Assembly: GCA_002104905.1 (NCBI GenBank)
Contig: MCFE01000189.1
Span: 62,001 to 126,000, forward strand
Length of the DNA stretch: 64,000 nt
Reading direction: 5' to 3'
Source of the DNA: Basidiobolus meristosporus CBS 931.73
Lineage: Eukaryota; Fungi; Basidiobolomycota
Positions 1 through 12,159 of this stretch are shown in pieces. A program made the translations under genes and the position numbers. Below the pieces are notes generated by a model, which had not been told where the DNA came from, did no database searches, and saw only the letters and a program-made list of their open reading frames with translations. Within the stretch, counting starts at the first letter, position 1, and the number at the start of each line of letters is the position of its first letter.

Positions 1-261
1 AAAGCTTAAAAGTCACTATATGATCTCAAACAATCACCTAGAGCCTGGAATTTCACAATAGATTCTTATTTGGAATCTTTGAGTTTCAAAAGGAGTAATG
101 CTGACTATAGTATATACTATAAGCCAGATAGAGTAAGTCCAGTTCTATTAGCTCTATAGGTGGATGATGTTATTATAGCAACTAATAACTCACAAACATT
201 GGAAGAGACTAAATCCAGCCTATCTAGGGAGTTTAAGATGTCTGATCTAGGAGAACTCAGT

Positions 262-994
262 AGACTTGTTCCGTTGGATAGTGCCACATTGAGCCATGAA
301 TGCCAAATGATGCCATAGTGTGCCAGGGAGGCCAAGTGAGCCTAAACTTGGCCACAGAGTGTGGAACATAGATCTGCATCTTCATGCAAAGCAGCCCCTG
401 TGTTTCACTCACTGTGATGGAGAAAATCCATTTTTTGACCTTTTTTTTAGGTCAATGTTGTACAGGATGCGCAAGAGCACTAAAGGATTGAAGATATGCA
501 TCTGGTACTCAATACCCATGGCACTCTGAATCTAGCTCCTGTGGCTTGTAACATGTCACAAAAATGCATGGCACTATCTTAGTCCACTGGTACTATCTGG
601 CACTATAAGTGCTTTGTATTGATCTTACTTTGGAGCCAATATTTAAATATAGTGCCGGATAGTACCAGTGGACTAAGATAGTGCCATGCATTTTCGTGAC
701 ATGTTACAAGCCGCAGGAGCTAGATTCAGAGTGCCATGGGTATTGAGTACCAGATGCATATCTTCAATCCTTTAGTGCTCTTGTGCATCCTGTACAACAT
801 TGACCTAAAAAAAAAGGTCAAAAAATGGATTTTCTCCATCACAGTGAGTGAAACACAGGGGCTGCTTTGCATGAAGATGCAGATCTATGTTCCACACTCT
901 GTGGCCAAGTTTAGGCTCACTTGGCCTCCCTGGCACACTATGGCATCATTTGGCATTCATGGCTCAATGTGGCACTATCCAACGGAACAAGTCT
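262..994. mobile_element. Non-autonomous foldback/MITE-like DNA element with ~346-bp terminal inverted arms and a 40-bp spacer
   Basis: 262-607 is the reverse complement of 648-994 except for 4 substitutions and a 1-nt poly-T indel. Termini are AGACTTGTTCC...GGAACAAGTCT. It is flanked by AGT (259-261) and AGT (995-997), and removing it plus one AGT restores the Copia consensus ctcagttacta. Confidence 0.93.
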
Positions 995-1882
995 AGTTAC
1001 TAATTAGGGATTAAGTTCTCCACAGACAGAAGTACCCAGACTAATACCCTAGGCCAATCCATGTATATTCAAGATGTACTAAAGAGTACCAAATGGAAGA
1101 CTGTAAACAGGCAGCTACCCTAATAGAGACAAACCTTAGCTTGGTCAAAACTCAAGCAAATCAAGAGAGCTTGGTGCCATCTTAAAGCCCTGACTTTCCT
1201 TATCAATCTATGATTGGCAGTCTGATGTATTTCATGCTTGGAACATGTCCAGATATCTCATGTTCAGTGGGAGTTGTCAGCCAGCATAATCAGAACTATG
1301 GATCTGACTATATTGCAGCAGTTAAGTGAATTTTTAGATATCTAAAAGGAACTGCTGATATCTGCATAAGATACACTGATAAGAATTCTCAACAAGATCT
1401 TGTGTGATACACTGATGCAAATTGGGGGTGAAATTTGGAAGACAGAAGATCCACCACATGATACACCTTTCTTTACTGTAAAGGAGCAATTTCATGGAAT
1501 TCAAGAAAGCAACCAACTGTAGCACTTTCTACCACAGAGGCAGAGTATATGGCAGCCTCTGAAGCTACAAGAGAAGCAATGTGGCTAAGAAAGCTTCTTA
1601 CAGATTTAGGCCAATGTCAAAAGACTTCTATTACTTTGTTTTGAGATAATCAACAATGTATACAATTAGGTAGAATCCAACTTTTCATGCTAGAACTAAG
1701 CACAAAGATATCAGACATCATTTCAAATGTGAAGCTATAGAGAATAATCTGGTTGGCTTAGTTTACTATCCTTCAGATGAAATGATTGCAGACAAATTCA
1801 CCAAGCCATTAGCCAGAGACAAGTTTGAATATTGTAGGTCAAAATTAGGACTACTCAGTATGAACATTTAGCTGAGTGGAAG

Positions 1883-2230
1883 CATTGTAAGAATTTGTAA
1901 TTCCACCAAAATATTCATCCAGCTTAGTCACTTTGATCATTACATTCAAATCCTAGAGAATACTGACCAAATTCCTTGTTGGGATTTACTTGGAATATTT
2001 TCAACAAAAAACCAGGTACCAAGAACACAAATATTCTTAAAGTTGTCCAAGCAGCCCCAAACTCTGAACAGATGCTCTTGGGACCTTTTCTTACCTATTC
2101 TACATGCTTGCTATGCCAATACAATGTAAAAGTATAAATACTACTTTTACATTCAATAAATCCTCAATTGAAAATCACATAATCACCTGTCATCCTAATC
2201 ACATCCAAAATCTCCCAGACTCTTTCATCA
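1883..2230 (+). repeat. Copia family LTR (3' LTR)
   Basis: Homologous to the LTRs at 5630, 36643 and 40973; follows the PPT; termini degenerate. Confidence 0.88.
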
Positions 2231-4225
2231 TTAAGGAGGTACCCAAGACCCTATAAAGGCAACAGCAACTTGTTTTACAACTACTGCAAAAGGAAAGGAC
2301 ACACATCAGACCTGTGTCTCAAAAAGTGAGATAATTAGCCAAAGAAGCCTGAATATGGAAATACTGGAACAATTGAAGATAAAATACTCATATCTGCACT
2401 AAATATGACCACAAACAAGGGTTCTCAGATGTGGAATATTGACTCTGGAGTATCTCAACACTTTGCACACCTAAAAGAACTATGTTCCATATCAATAGAA
2501 CACTTGATGCAGTGGAAGAAGGAACTATCCAAGTAAATCTTAAAAGCAGTGAAGGAAGCCATACACTGAACTTTAAAGAGCTACTTTATGTACCAGAAAT
2601 AGCCAAGAACCTACTATCTGTAAGCAAGGCCACAGCAGAGAGACACAGTTTCAGCTTGGCAATTCTGGATCCAGGATCACTGATCAAAATGGTACTCATA
2701 TTGCTTTTGGCATCAGAGATCAGAATCTCTATAAGTCAACATATATTCCATCATATCTGAAAGCTAACATAATTAGCTCAAATGAAGAAATATCAATATT
2801 CTGGCACAGGAGATTTGGACTCATCAATCTTGATTATTTGGGCAAAATGATCAAAGATCAGCAAATTTCTGGAGTAAAAATTGATCCCCCAGCTAATTTG
2901 GAGCACCGCAAAGCCTGCCTATATGAGAAACAAGCCAGACAGCTGTTCAAGAGCTCTGGGTTGATCAAAACTAAGAAAAATTAAATCTAATTCACTCAGA
3001 TCTATGTGGACTTATGCAAAAGTCATCCTTAGGCAGGTTGAAGTATTTAGTCACTGTTATTGATGATTATACAAGACGCATGTAGATCAACTCTACAGAG
3101 AGAAAGGAAGAAGTTCTGTCTAAGCACAGGGAGCTTCAAGTCATGGTGCAGAGAAAAACTGGTGAAAAAAATCAAGAAAATATGCTCTACCAATGGTGCA
3201 GAATATACCTCAAAACTCTGCATCCATGTCTGGAAAATTCTTGAAATAAAGCAAGAGACTATTATACTCTACTCTCCACAGCAAAATGGAGTAGCAGAAT
3301 GTGCAATCAGATCAGCAGCTCATATGGCAAGATATATGAACCTTACTCAAAAATTATCCTGTGACTTTTAGGCAGAATCAATCACAACAGCTGTTTACCT
3401 TAAGAATAGGAGTTATAACAGAATACTTTGCAATTCTACTCCATTTGAAGCATAGTATGGATACAGGCCAAGTGCAGAACAACTAAGAATATCTGGGTGT
3501 ACAGCATATACCAAGAGACAGCCCAGTAATCAGTCAAAATTTGAGCCAAAAAGTGCAAAATGCATATTTTGGGCTACTGCAATGAGTTTAAAGCATACAG
3601 ACTCTACAATACCAAAGCAAAGAAGCTAATCAAGTCCAGGGATGTGTTGTTTGATGAAAGTTTGAAATTTTCACCATAAATGAAATCAGATGATGAAAAA
3701 AATCTGGTCTCAATTCCACCAATTGAGAGGATTGAATCAGAGCAAAACAATGAGAATTTTTTCACTCTAGAGGACTCTACAACCATGATGCAGCCTGATC
3801 TGCACCCAGGAATATCCTGGAGGTGATCATTCCAGTATCAGATTCCTGGAGATCCAACCAGGCAAGAAATTACCTAAATTACTATATCAATGAGGGTACA
3901 AACTTAGCCTATGCCTATTCAGTCCATATTGATGAACCCCCTACTGTAAAAGAGGCCTTAAATGGCCCTTAGCAAAAGCTGTGGAGATATGCAATGACTG
4001 AGCAATATCAGGCCCTAATGGAAAATCAAACTTGGGACTTAGTAAAATACCAATCAACTAAAAGTTAATTGGATGCAGATGGGTCTTCAAGACAAAATAC
4101 AAGGCTGATGGTACAATGAAAGATACAAAGCAAGACTTGTGGCCAAAGGATACTCTCAAACAAAAGGACTTGACTATACTGAGATCTTTGCACCAATAAC
4201 CAAGTTTAATCCATTAGATGAATAT
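2231..4225 (+). mobile_element. Internal Copia fragment (mid-gag, protease, integrase, start of RT), decayed; probable host of the upstream Copia
   Basis: Colinear with 37655-39690 apart from an internal deletion. ORFs 2482-2760 and 3060-3371 carry the NGAEY and YSPQQNGVAE integrase motifs. Confidence 0.88.
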
Positions 4226-4753
4226 TGTCATGATCACATGACATCCCTGGTCTCCAATTGTCTTGCTAAATTAAGTCAGTGAGCAAGTCCCAGTTCCTTC
4301 TAGAGAGTTCTACTACATTCTAGCAACATCTTGAAAGCTCCAAGTCAATAATACACAATAGAACATTCCATGGAAGCTTCCCATTAGAATTTATGCAGTC
4401 CCATGCCATATGTGGTAACTACATGTCACATGACCTAGTCACATGCTCAGCTGACCCCTGACATATCTCCATGTGATATTCCAGTCTGTTCTTTAGTATA
4501 TTCTATCTTGGCACACTTACTGTGCCTAACCCCAGAACCCCATCAGTATTAGCCAATATCTCTTGGCATCCATATTGCCAAATAGCATATATAGTCCTAT
4601 CTCCCCTTATGTATTCCTCAATCTGATAAACACAGGTCTTGAATAAACAGCCTTGCCTTGGAAATACATCTGGCCTTGTTGATCCACACCTAAGTCTTTT
4701 CCTGGTCCTGCCTTGCCTAGCTCTACTCTCCTGCCTTGTGTCTATTCATAACA
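4226..4753 (+). repeat. Solo LTR of a second family (528 bp)
   Basis: TGTCATGA...TCATAACA inverted termini, TATA-like and AATAAA signals, three TCACATG motifs. It interrupts Copia sequence abruptly and has no matching TSD. Confidence 0.7.
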
Positions 4754-4865
4754 AAAGTCTGGGTACTTCTGTCTATGGAGAACTTTATTCCTGAAGAGTA
4801 AATGGTTCTCTGGGATTGGACATGTTCAACTCCTTAGATAGGCTGGATTTAGTCTCTTCCAATGT
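4754..4865 (-). mobile_element. Short inverted Copia RT fragment
   Basis: Reverse complement matches the RT segment gttctccacagacagaagtacccagact near 1017-1042. Confidence 0.75.
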
Positions 4866-4923
4866 TACCATCCTATGAAAAATCTCAAATTTGGAATTCA
4901 TATGATTTTCAGCTGGTGCTTTA

Positions 4924-5000
4924 CTGGTATTCTAAAGGTATTTAGCTGGTATTCTAATGGTATTTTGCTGGTATTCTAATAGTATTTTGCTGGTATTTAG
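4924..5000. repeat. Minisatellite: three 22-bp units plus a partial unit, built from 11-bp subunits
   Basis: ctggtattctaaaggtatttag / ctggtattctaatggtattttg / ctggtattctaatagtattttg / ctggtatttag. Confidence 0.85.
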
Positions 5001-5199
5001 CAGGTGTTTTTTGCTCAAATATCTAGTTGCATTTTTTGATGGAAGTGGTGGGCAGCTAATCACCCAATTTGGTATGAATCCTGGTTGCCCTAGTCACCCC
5101 CTTGAAAATATGTCTGCTTTTCTGCCCAACTGGTAGTACATAAGATAATGATAGTTGTCAGATTTGAGAAACTTGGAATTCAGCTGATTTTATAATGGT

Positions 5200-5977
5200 A
5201 TCACAGAATGCACCTTTCTATATGGCAAAGGAGCAATTTCATGGAATTCAAGAAAGCAACCAACCATAGCACTTTCTACCACAGAGGCAGTGTATATGGC
5301 AGCATGTGAAGCTACAAAATAAGCAATGCGGTTATGAAAGCTTTTACAGATTTAGGCCTATGTCAAAAAACACCTATTACTTTATTTCAAGGTAATCAAG
5401 GATGTATGCAATTAGATAGAAATCTAACTCTTCATGCTAGAACTAAGCACATAGATATTAGACATCATTTCAGATGTGAAGCTATAGAAAATAACTTGAT
5501 TAACTTAGTTTACTGTCCTTCAGATGAAATGATTGCAGACATATTTACCAAACCATTAGCCAGAGGCAAGTTTGAATATCTTAGGTCAAAATTAGGACTA
5601 GTCAGTATGAACATTTAGCTGAGTGGGAGTGTTGTAAAAATTTGTAATTCCACCTAAATATTGATTCAACTTAGTCACTTAGATCATTACCTCCAAATCC
5701 TATAAAATATTGACCAAAATCTTTATTGGGATTTACTTAGAATATTTTCACCAAAATATCAGGTACCCAGAACATGAAAATTCTTAAAGTTGTTCAAACA
5801 GCCCCAAACTTTGCACACATGTTCCTGGCACCTTCTAGCCCTATTTTACATTTTTTTTATGCCAAGACCAAGTAAAAGTATAAATACTACCTTTATATTC
5901 AATAAATCACTAAGTGAATACCATATCATCTACTTGTTCTCCCAATCAAATCTAATATCTCCATGACTCTTACAACA
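5200..5977 (+). mobile_element. Copia RNase H, PPT and 3' LTR (LTR 5630-5977)
   Basis: ORF 5334-5618 contains TKHIDIRHHF and MIADIFTKPL. PPT gagtgggag, then TGTTGTAA...TTACAACA. Confidence 0.92.
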
Positions 5978-6127
5978 GTTCTTCTGCCTTTTATAGGCTC
6001 AGCTATTCCTGAGATACTTTCTTAACATACTAATGCTAGCCCAAAAACCACTTGCTTGTTTCAATTCCAGATAATGCTCATGGAACAAGTCAAGTGCATT
6101 CTGCTTGGCCTTGAGTTCCTGATAGTC

Positions 6128-6830
6128 TCATGATATGCCAGCCTTAAGGTGTTGGCACGCCAAACTTCTAACAGCCTTGTGAATATTAGCCCACACTTCA
6201 TCATTGCACTCAGTGGCTTTACAGATCTTCAATGTCTGTTGATTTTGAGGCTGCAGTATAAACACTACATTTTCTCCCTCCCATGCTGTGAAAGGCTCAT
6301 CTGTGGGCTTTATTATTGGGCACTGTTGTTGTGCTTTGAAGACTGTCCAGTGTTCCTGTTCTGTTACATTGGGAAGTGGCTCAATTATTGGCTGTGACTT
6401 TGAGCTACTTGAGTTTCTTCTTTGCAGCAACAATACTGAGTTTGTGACCTGGAATATTAATTGCTCTACACCTTTTATTTGCTCATCCTGCTTCTGGACT
6501 ATTTCCTGATTTCTCTGGGTCATTACATCTATCCTATCAGCCGCTGCACCTAATTGCTTCATTAATGCTTTGGTATGAACTGACAGCATACTTGCTGATA
6601 CAAGTGGTGGTGATGTTATGATGGCCACTGACTGGTCTTCAACTGAAGGTACTGCTTTTGCAACATTCTGATCTGCCACAGCAATATGGTCAGCTTGTGG
6701 CTATGCAGTGATTCCCAATTGCCTTCTTGACTAGCAGCATGAGGAGTCCATATTATTCCCTTCAGTGGGCACACAGTCCACAGGGCCTTTTTTGGTTGTA
6801 GCCCCACTTGTTGCACTGAATGTCAAAGCA
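6128..6830 (-). pseudogene. Accessory ORF (ORF2) of the Tnp2/CACTA-clan transposon, frameshifted
   Basis: 183-aa open segment 6128-6679 with a coiled-coil-like Q/E-rich stretch. Homologous DNA recurs at ~28900-29045 in the same head-to-head position relative to the transposase. Confidence 0.55.
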
Positions 6831-6989
6831 AGCTATTGCCCAACTGTTCTTCTGCTGCTGTCAGCAGTGGGGATTGGTTGGGAACCAGACAGCTTTGTTT
6901 TATTTTCTGGCAGCATATATATGGAAGTGAGTCAAGCCTAAGGGGAAATAGTGTTACATATACATGTGTATGTAGTGCCACAACTTTAT

Positions 6990-9560
6990 TGATAATGCTT
7001 ACTATGGTGAGTCATCACTGAATCTTACATTCAAATAGGTGCAATATCTCAAATATAAGACAGTCTTAAACTCACATGAGTGTTGACAAAAAAGTGATAT
7101 AATAGCATTACATTGTGGAGTGCCAAACTGTTTGCACCATGGACAAGATTACTCTGATTCAGCACCATAAGAGAAGAGAAAAAAGAATATGTGGCTATTG
7201 TAACAAGCCTCTCAGCCATGTAGCATGCAGACAGTATAGGGAGTACTACAAAGATCACAGCCAGTGTTTTGCCACACAAGTCATATTTGACCGTTCACCA
7301 GCCACTAGTGTAACAACAATATGTTGCTGGCCACTTGATACTTCTAAAATGGCATCTGGCTGTACTTGTCACCTTGTTCAAACTGAGTCAGGGAGAATTT
7401 GTGACACCTTTAGGCTCACCCAACCTTCTGAATATGGCACACAGAGTGATAGCTCTGAAGAAGCAGGCTCACTGAAGGATTGTGAGCCTATATTCCCTAA
7501 CATTAGTATCCTGCATGAGCCTGGCAAAATCCCATTGTGCAATGAGACAACACTTGCAGAAAAAAATGCCAAGGATACTTTATAGAATCAAGTGAGCCCA
7601 GTAGTCCATCTACTGGTGAATGATGTGATGTTGTGGCTGGAGAAGTGGCATGTTTCCACTAATGTCAGTAATGGGGGCTTTGAGGATTTACCTCTACTTC
7701 TTGCCAAATTCATCCTGGGATGCAACCTACCATGTATATGGCATTAATGGACAGCCATCATGCGGCTAGTAACATATGACCCAGAGACCATCCTGATACC
7801 AGCATGTGTTAACTGTTGCATGGAATTCACATCAGGAAATGACTCCATTGCAAAGTGCTCAACTTGTCAGGAATCCACCACCATTGGGGGAAAACATTGT
7901 TCACACTCTGGATATATCCCAGTAATACTCTGTATAAAGAAGCCCATGCAGACCAACAAGCATTATAAAGCTGTAAAGTACCTCACTTGTTATAAATTAA
8001 GCACAAATATCAGATGTATTTGAAGGCAAATATTACAAACAGCCAAGAAGCAAGGGCTACTTTGAAGGTATATATGGCCTCACCTTGCCCTTGGCACTTG
8101 ATGGATTCTCATTAGACAAATACTCTACAAGCAACTCCTGCTGGCCACTGATTCTGATCAACGTGAATCTGACTTCCATTGTACAGCATTAGAGACAACA
8201 TCTGATGGTAGTCTCAATGGTATCTGGGCCTATATCATGGTCCAATGTGGATAGCTAACTATATCCATTGCCGGATGAATCTTGTATTCTTGCCAGCAGG
8301 ATAACAGTATGTGGCTGTCATGTCAAAGTGCATATAATTATCTACATTGGAGATACCCCAGCCATCAGCAAGATAGCTGGCTTTTCTGGGCACCATGGAT
8401 GATATTACTGTCAAATGTATGAGATCAGGGAACTTATTCCATAACTCACACACATTATTATTACCCAAATAACCGTGCTAAAAGCATCATCTTTCTGCAG
8501 AGAGAATGTACAGAAGTCAGCATGGAATTACTGCAGAGTTGGCAAGCTATAAGCCATTGGCTAGAACATGGAATTAATGAAGGGATTTGAGCGGCTATAC
8601 TGCAAGCATAAGCTGAACATGTATATCTCTGCTGCTGCTGTATCCACTTGCTACTCCATTTTACTTGGTGGGCTGAGAATATTGGACCTTGCTCCACCTT
8701 TTGAGAGTTTCCTATGGAGCAAATATGTTGGGAGATAGGATGACAAGTCAAGTTGCAGGTACAATCATATCCCAGTCTCATCAAGAATATTACCCTCAAG
8801 TCTATCATGGATGTGATGAGTTGCTACATGGAGGACAGCCAGGAAGAGTTAGAAAATACTGAGGACAGATGTGCACACAGAGACACCTATGGCTATGGCA
8901 TTAAGAAGCTAGTCAGCCCAAATGCATGGGTAATCAATTAAGTCATGCAAAGTTGGGCTGGGTGCAACAAGCAACTAATTTTTATTGGGAACATTCTACC
9001 AAGGTGTGCCAAGTTTCTCTTGGTCACAAGCCAATTTCTACACCATTCAATATGGAATTCATACAAACAAGAGCCAGAGCACACCTATAAAGGGGACTAG
9101 AATCCAGCAGGGAGAAGAAATATATCGGCCAAATACTAAAAAGTTCTTTGTGGATATTCAGGAGGTATTCATGGCAGATGTGGTGGCAACCAAGCATATG
9201 ATTACAAGATGTATATGTTATCAGCAATACAAGGTATATGGCAACCTTGCAAGCATCACACTAAAAAGCCATAAATTTGAGGTAATAGAAGTATGTCAAT
9301 TGTGGCAGGTGTGTGTGTTTGTAGAGGTTAGTAAGCAGGAGACCATAGTATTCTTTGATTTGAACTATATGTGGAATGCCCAAGGTAGTAGTGGGTAAGC
9401 AAATAAAGAGGGGTGATTCTACAGTAAAATATATGAATTACACAAGAGGAGGTAGAAAAAGGAAATACCATTTGGTATTTTGTACAGTGGCATTATACAG
9501 AACTAGCTGTAGGCCTCCATACTGCCATCTTAATGCCATCAGAGACTTGCAATGAGGCCT
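6990..9560 (+). mobile_element. Decayed Tnp2 (Transposase_21-like, EnSpm/CACTA clan) transposase, copy 1
   Basis: Motifs across frameshifts: CVNCC..CSTC, LALALDGF, WPLILINVNL, SGP, IGDTPAISKIAGFSGHHG-YYCQMYEI. These match the fungal tnp2-type pattern. Confidence 0.8.
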
Positions 9561-9927
9561 TCAAGACACCGTCAATTTTTTGGCATATTAGGTCATTGGA
9601 TGTGCCAGCTAGTTAGATTCATTTAAAATAGTTGAAGAGCACAGCAAGACCACAACAATGCAATGCAATTATTGCCATAGCACCAATTAAACCCTGTCAA
9701 GTTTTACAGCTTTATTTGACAGTAAAGTTAGCCAAATGCTGTAGTGGGGTGACAGTGACACCCACTGACAGATGTGCTCATTCCCTCATTTTCTACTTCC
9801 CTATATCTCTACTACATTTATTTTAGTTTTATCCCATTTGTACTATCCCATAAGCCAGTTGACTATCACACCTGCTTACCTTATTGCATAAGTTACCCCT
9901 CACTTTATGTAGATTACTAGCTATAAG

Positions 9928-10795
9928 TGTTTCGATATTAGGCAAGTACCGCACCAGTACCCGTGACTCATGAACAACCTGTGTCAACATCCCTACCATT
10001 TCCATACCATATATGGTATCCCTATGTTACACAGGTTTCAGAATACTGATTCCGGATTGGTTGGATGTACTGTGCCTCTTAGAACCTTCCGGCACCTACT
10101 TAGAACATTCTTAGGTCATTCTGATGTCCTTAAGATCTCTATTGATATCTGGAACCTTCTGGAACACCATGATTAGTAATCACTTAGCCAGTAAGAATAG
10201 TATATAAGGGAGGCTATCCCTCAACAATAAATCATCATCCCTTTTATCAATATACCAACTTGTTGATTAGTGTGATCACTGCTACCTGCTGCTACCTGAA
10301 CTTCCAACCCCTGACCACAGGACACTCCCAGGAAACCACGCTGACAGCCAACTGACCTTGGAGGCACTACTTGTGAGGAATACTTGGAGTAGGTATCTTT
10401 TATTATATTTGATTCTTTCCCAAGTTTGTTCTTGTACAGGCAAAGATACTTTTCTGTCTTTGTAACTATTGACCACAGCTGCATTCTTATCAAGTCCCTG
10501 CTGGTGGAGCTTACAGTTGTTTTGACTTTGGAAGCTTTAGTACGTTGTCATCTCAAAGGACACTGAACCCAGCACATACTTTTGTTAAGACGCCAACTAA
10601 GTTGGGGATTGTAGCTCAATAGTTTTCCCTTGACAAACTTGTGGCTTTATTCCCCTTCACATTAGATTAGAGACAGAACCCAAGTATTCCTAGCAAAGCT
10701 TTTGCCAGAGGTTATTGCACCCAGTGAACACCCCACACACAAAACACTTGAGAAGTGTTGGACGTACCTCTCCCTTGGACCTATACACCACCACA
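9928..10795 (+). repeat. LTR of a third family (probably solo)
   Basis: Starts with TGT exactly where homology to the reverse complement of 27930-28536 begins. TATA-like (gtatataag) and AATAAA signals. Homology ends at caccaccaca; no TSD seen. Confidence 0.55.
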
Positions 10796-10919
10796 ACGCT
10801 GTTGTGATCCTGTCATAAGATTATTTGAAGTGTCACTAATTCCAAGCTGCTGGTACTATGATGGTCTCCAAATAGGATTCTGACAGCTGATCTGGATCAG
10901 ATCCACCTGCAGGACCATA

Positions 10920-11235
10920 TTATTTTTCATAGGGACAATGATGCAGCTACTGGGAAGTGGCCTAAGGAGTATTGTTATGAGAATAATGCACTCCCAAAGG
11001 TGTAGGAGAAGAAGTCTTCAGCTACCTGAAGAAAGAGCAAAGTGCCTTTTACAGCATTTGCCTCAATGTTGAAGACATATTGTTAATTCAATGCTCAAGA
11101 GTAAAAACAGCAAAGAATGCCTGGAAGGCATTGGAAAAACACCTACCAGTCATGCTCAGCTGCTAAGAAAATGTATCTCAGACAAAACCTCTTTACTGAA
11201 AGATGTTACCAGGAGCAGAAATGAAAAATCCAGTC
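10920..11235 (+). mobile_element. Copia gag 5' fragment
   Basis: Colinear with 37100-37405 (EQSAF..ICLNV, KMYLRQ). Confidence 0.75.
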
Positions 11236-11399
11236 GACAACCCTTTGATACCTAAATTGGTCCCATGAGTGAGTCTGATCCAGATCACCCATCAAGATCC
11301 TATATGTAGGCCACCATAATGCCAGCAGCTTGGATTTATTGACCCTCTTCACAATCTTGTGATGCAATTTTGCGGGCTTTATACTGTTTCTACTGCCCA

Positions 11400-11700
11400 A
11401 TTGGTTAATGAGCTTGGCAGTGTTTAATGGTTCTATACTAGGCTTTGGATGGCATTCTAACTGTCTCAATGCTGTCTACATTTATTAGAGTAGACTCACA
11501 CAGCCAATAAGTGCAACTGTCATATATGTAAAGAAATTTGAGTGTGTTTTGGTGGCCTTAGTGTGGACATCTGTTGGCATTATTGCAGCAGTACACATGT
11601 CTACAGCTAGTCCTGTATAATACCACTGTACCAATTTACCAAGCAGTATTTACTTCTCCCTCCAATTGCACCATTCATTAATTCCACTGCAAAATCTCCC
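11400..11700 (-). mobile_element. 3' tail fragment of the Tnp2-clan transposon
   Basis: ctacagctagtcctgtataataccactgtaccaatttacc matches ~18280-18320 and the reverse complement of ~9475-9515. Confidence 0.55.
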
Positions 11701-11772
11701 TTATTTATTTGCTAACCCACCGCTACCATAAATATTCCACATACATGTTGAATAAAAAACAATGACCTCCTG

Positions 11773-12150
11773 AATTGTAAAAGCTTGTAATTCCACCCAA
11801 ATATTAACCCAACTTATCCACTTGGATCATTACCTATAGATCTTAGAGAATACTGACTAAACTCCTTGTTGGGACTTACTTTGAATATTTTCACCAAAAC
11901 ATCAAATACCTAGACCATCAGAATTCCCTAAGTTCTCTAAGTAGCTTTAAGCTTTGCACACATGTTTTTAGGACCTTCATATGCAAAGAATATATGCTTG
12001 CTTCTGAAAAATCATGTAAAATATCTTAAGTGCTTTTACTGTGAATGACTCATTCAGTGAAAACCACATATTGTACATGTCCTCCCAATCACTTCATATA
12101 TCTCCAAAAGCTCTTAAAGCAGGTGATGAGCCCCAAGCTGTCAGCTCTGC
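11773..12150 (+). mobile_element. Copia 5' LTR (~11773-12121) with PBS, truncated immediately afterwards
   Basis: LTR homology followed by ggtgatgagcccc (12122-12134), a variant of the GGTTATGAGCCC primer-binding site. Confidence 0.8.
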
Positions 12151-12159
12151 AGGGTCTAC

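Larger units (their letters stand above)
1..2230 (+). mobile_element. 3' part of a decayed Ty1/Copia LTR retrotransposon (RT, RNase H, PPT, 3' LTR), interrupted by a foldback element
   Basis: Colinear with the better-preserved copy at 36643-41321. Copia motifs read through stops and frameshifts: LKKSLYxLKQSPRAW, [16 protein letters not shown], MIADxFTKPL. A purine tract at 1874-1882 precedes the LTR at ~1883-2230. Confidence 0.92.

Noticed and set aside
261-995. Reading the foldback ends as TAG...CTA (Academ-like)
   Set aside because: That reading leaves only a 1-bp duplication; AGAC...GTCT gives a clean 3-bp AGT TSD and ANT flanks at the other two ends.
4924-5000. CRISPR-like array
   Set aside because: Head-to-tail units without unique spacers, eukaryotic context and no cas genes.
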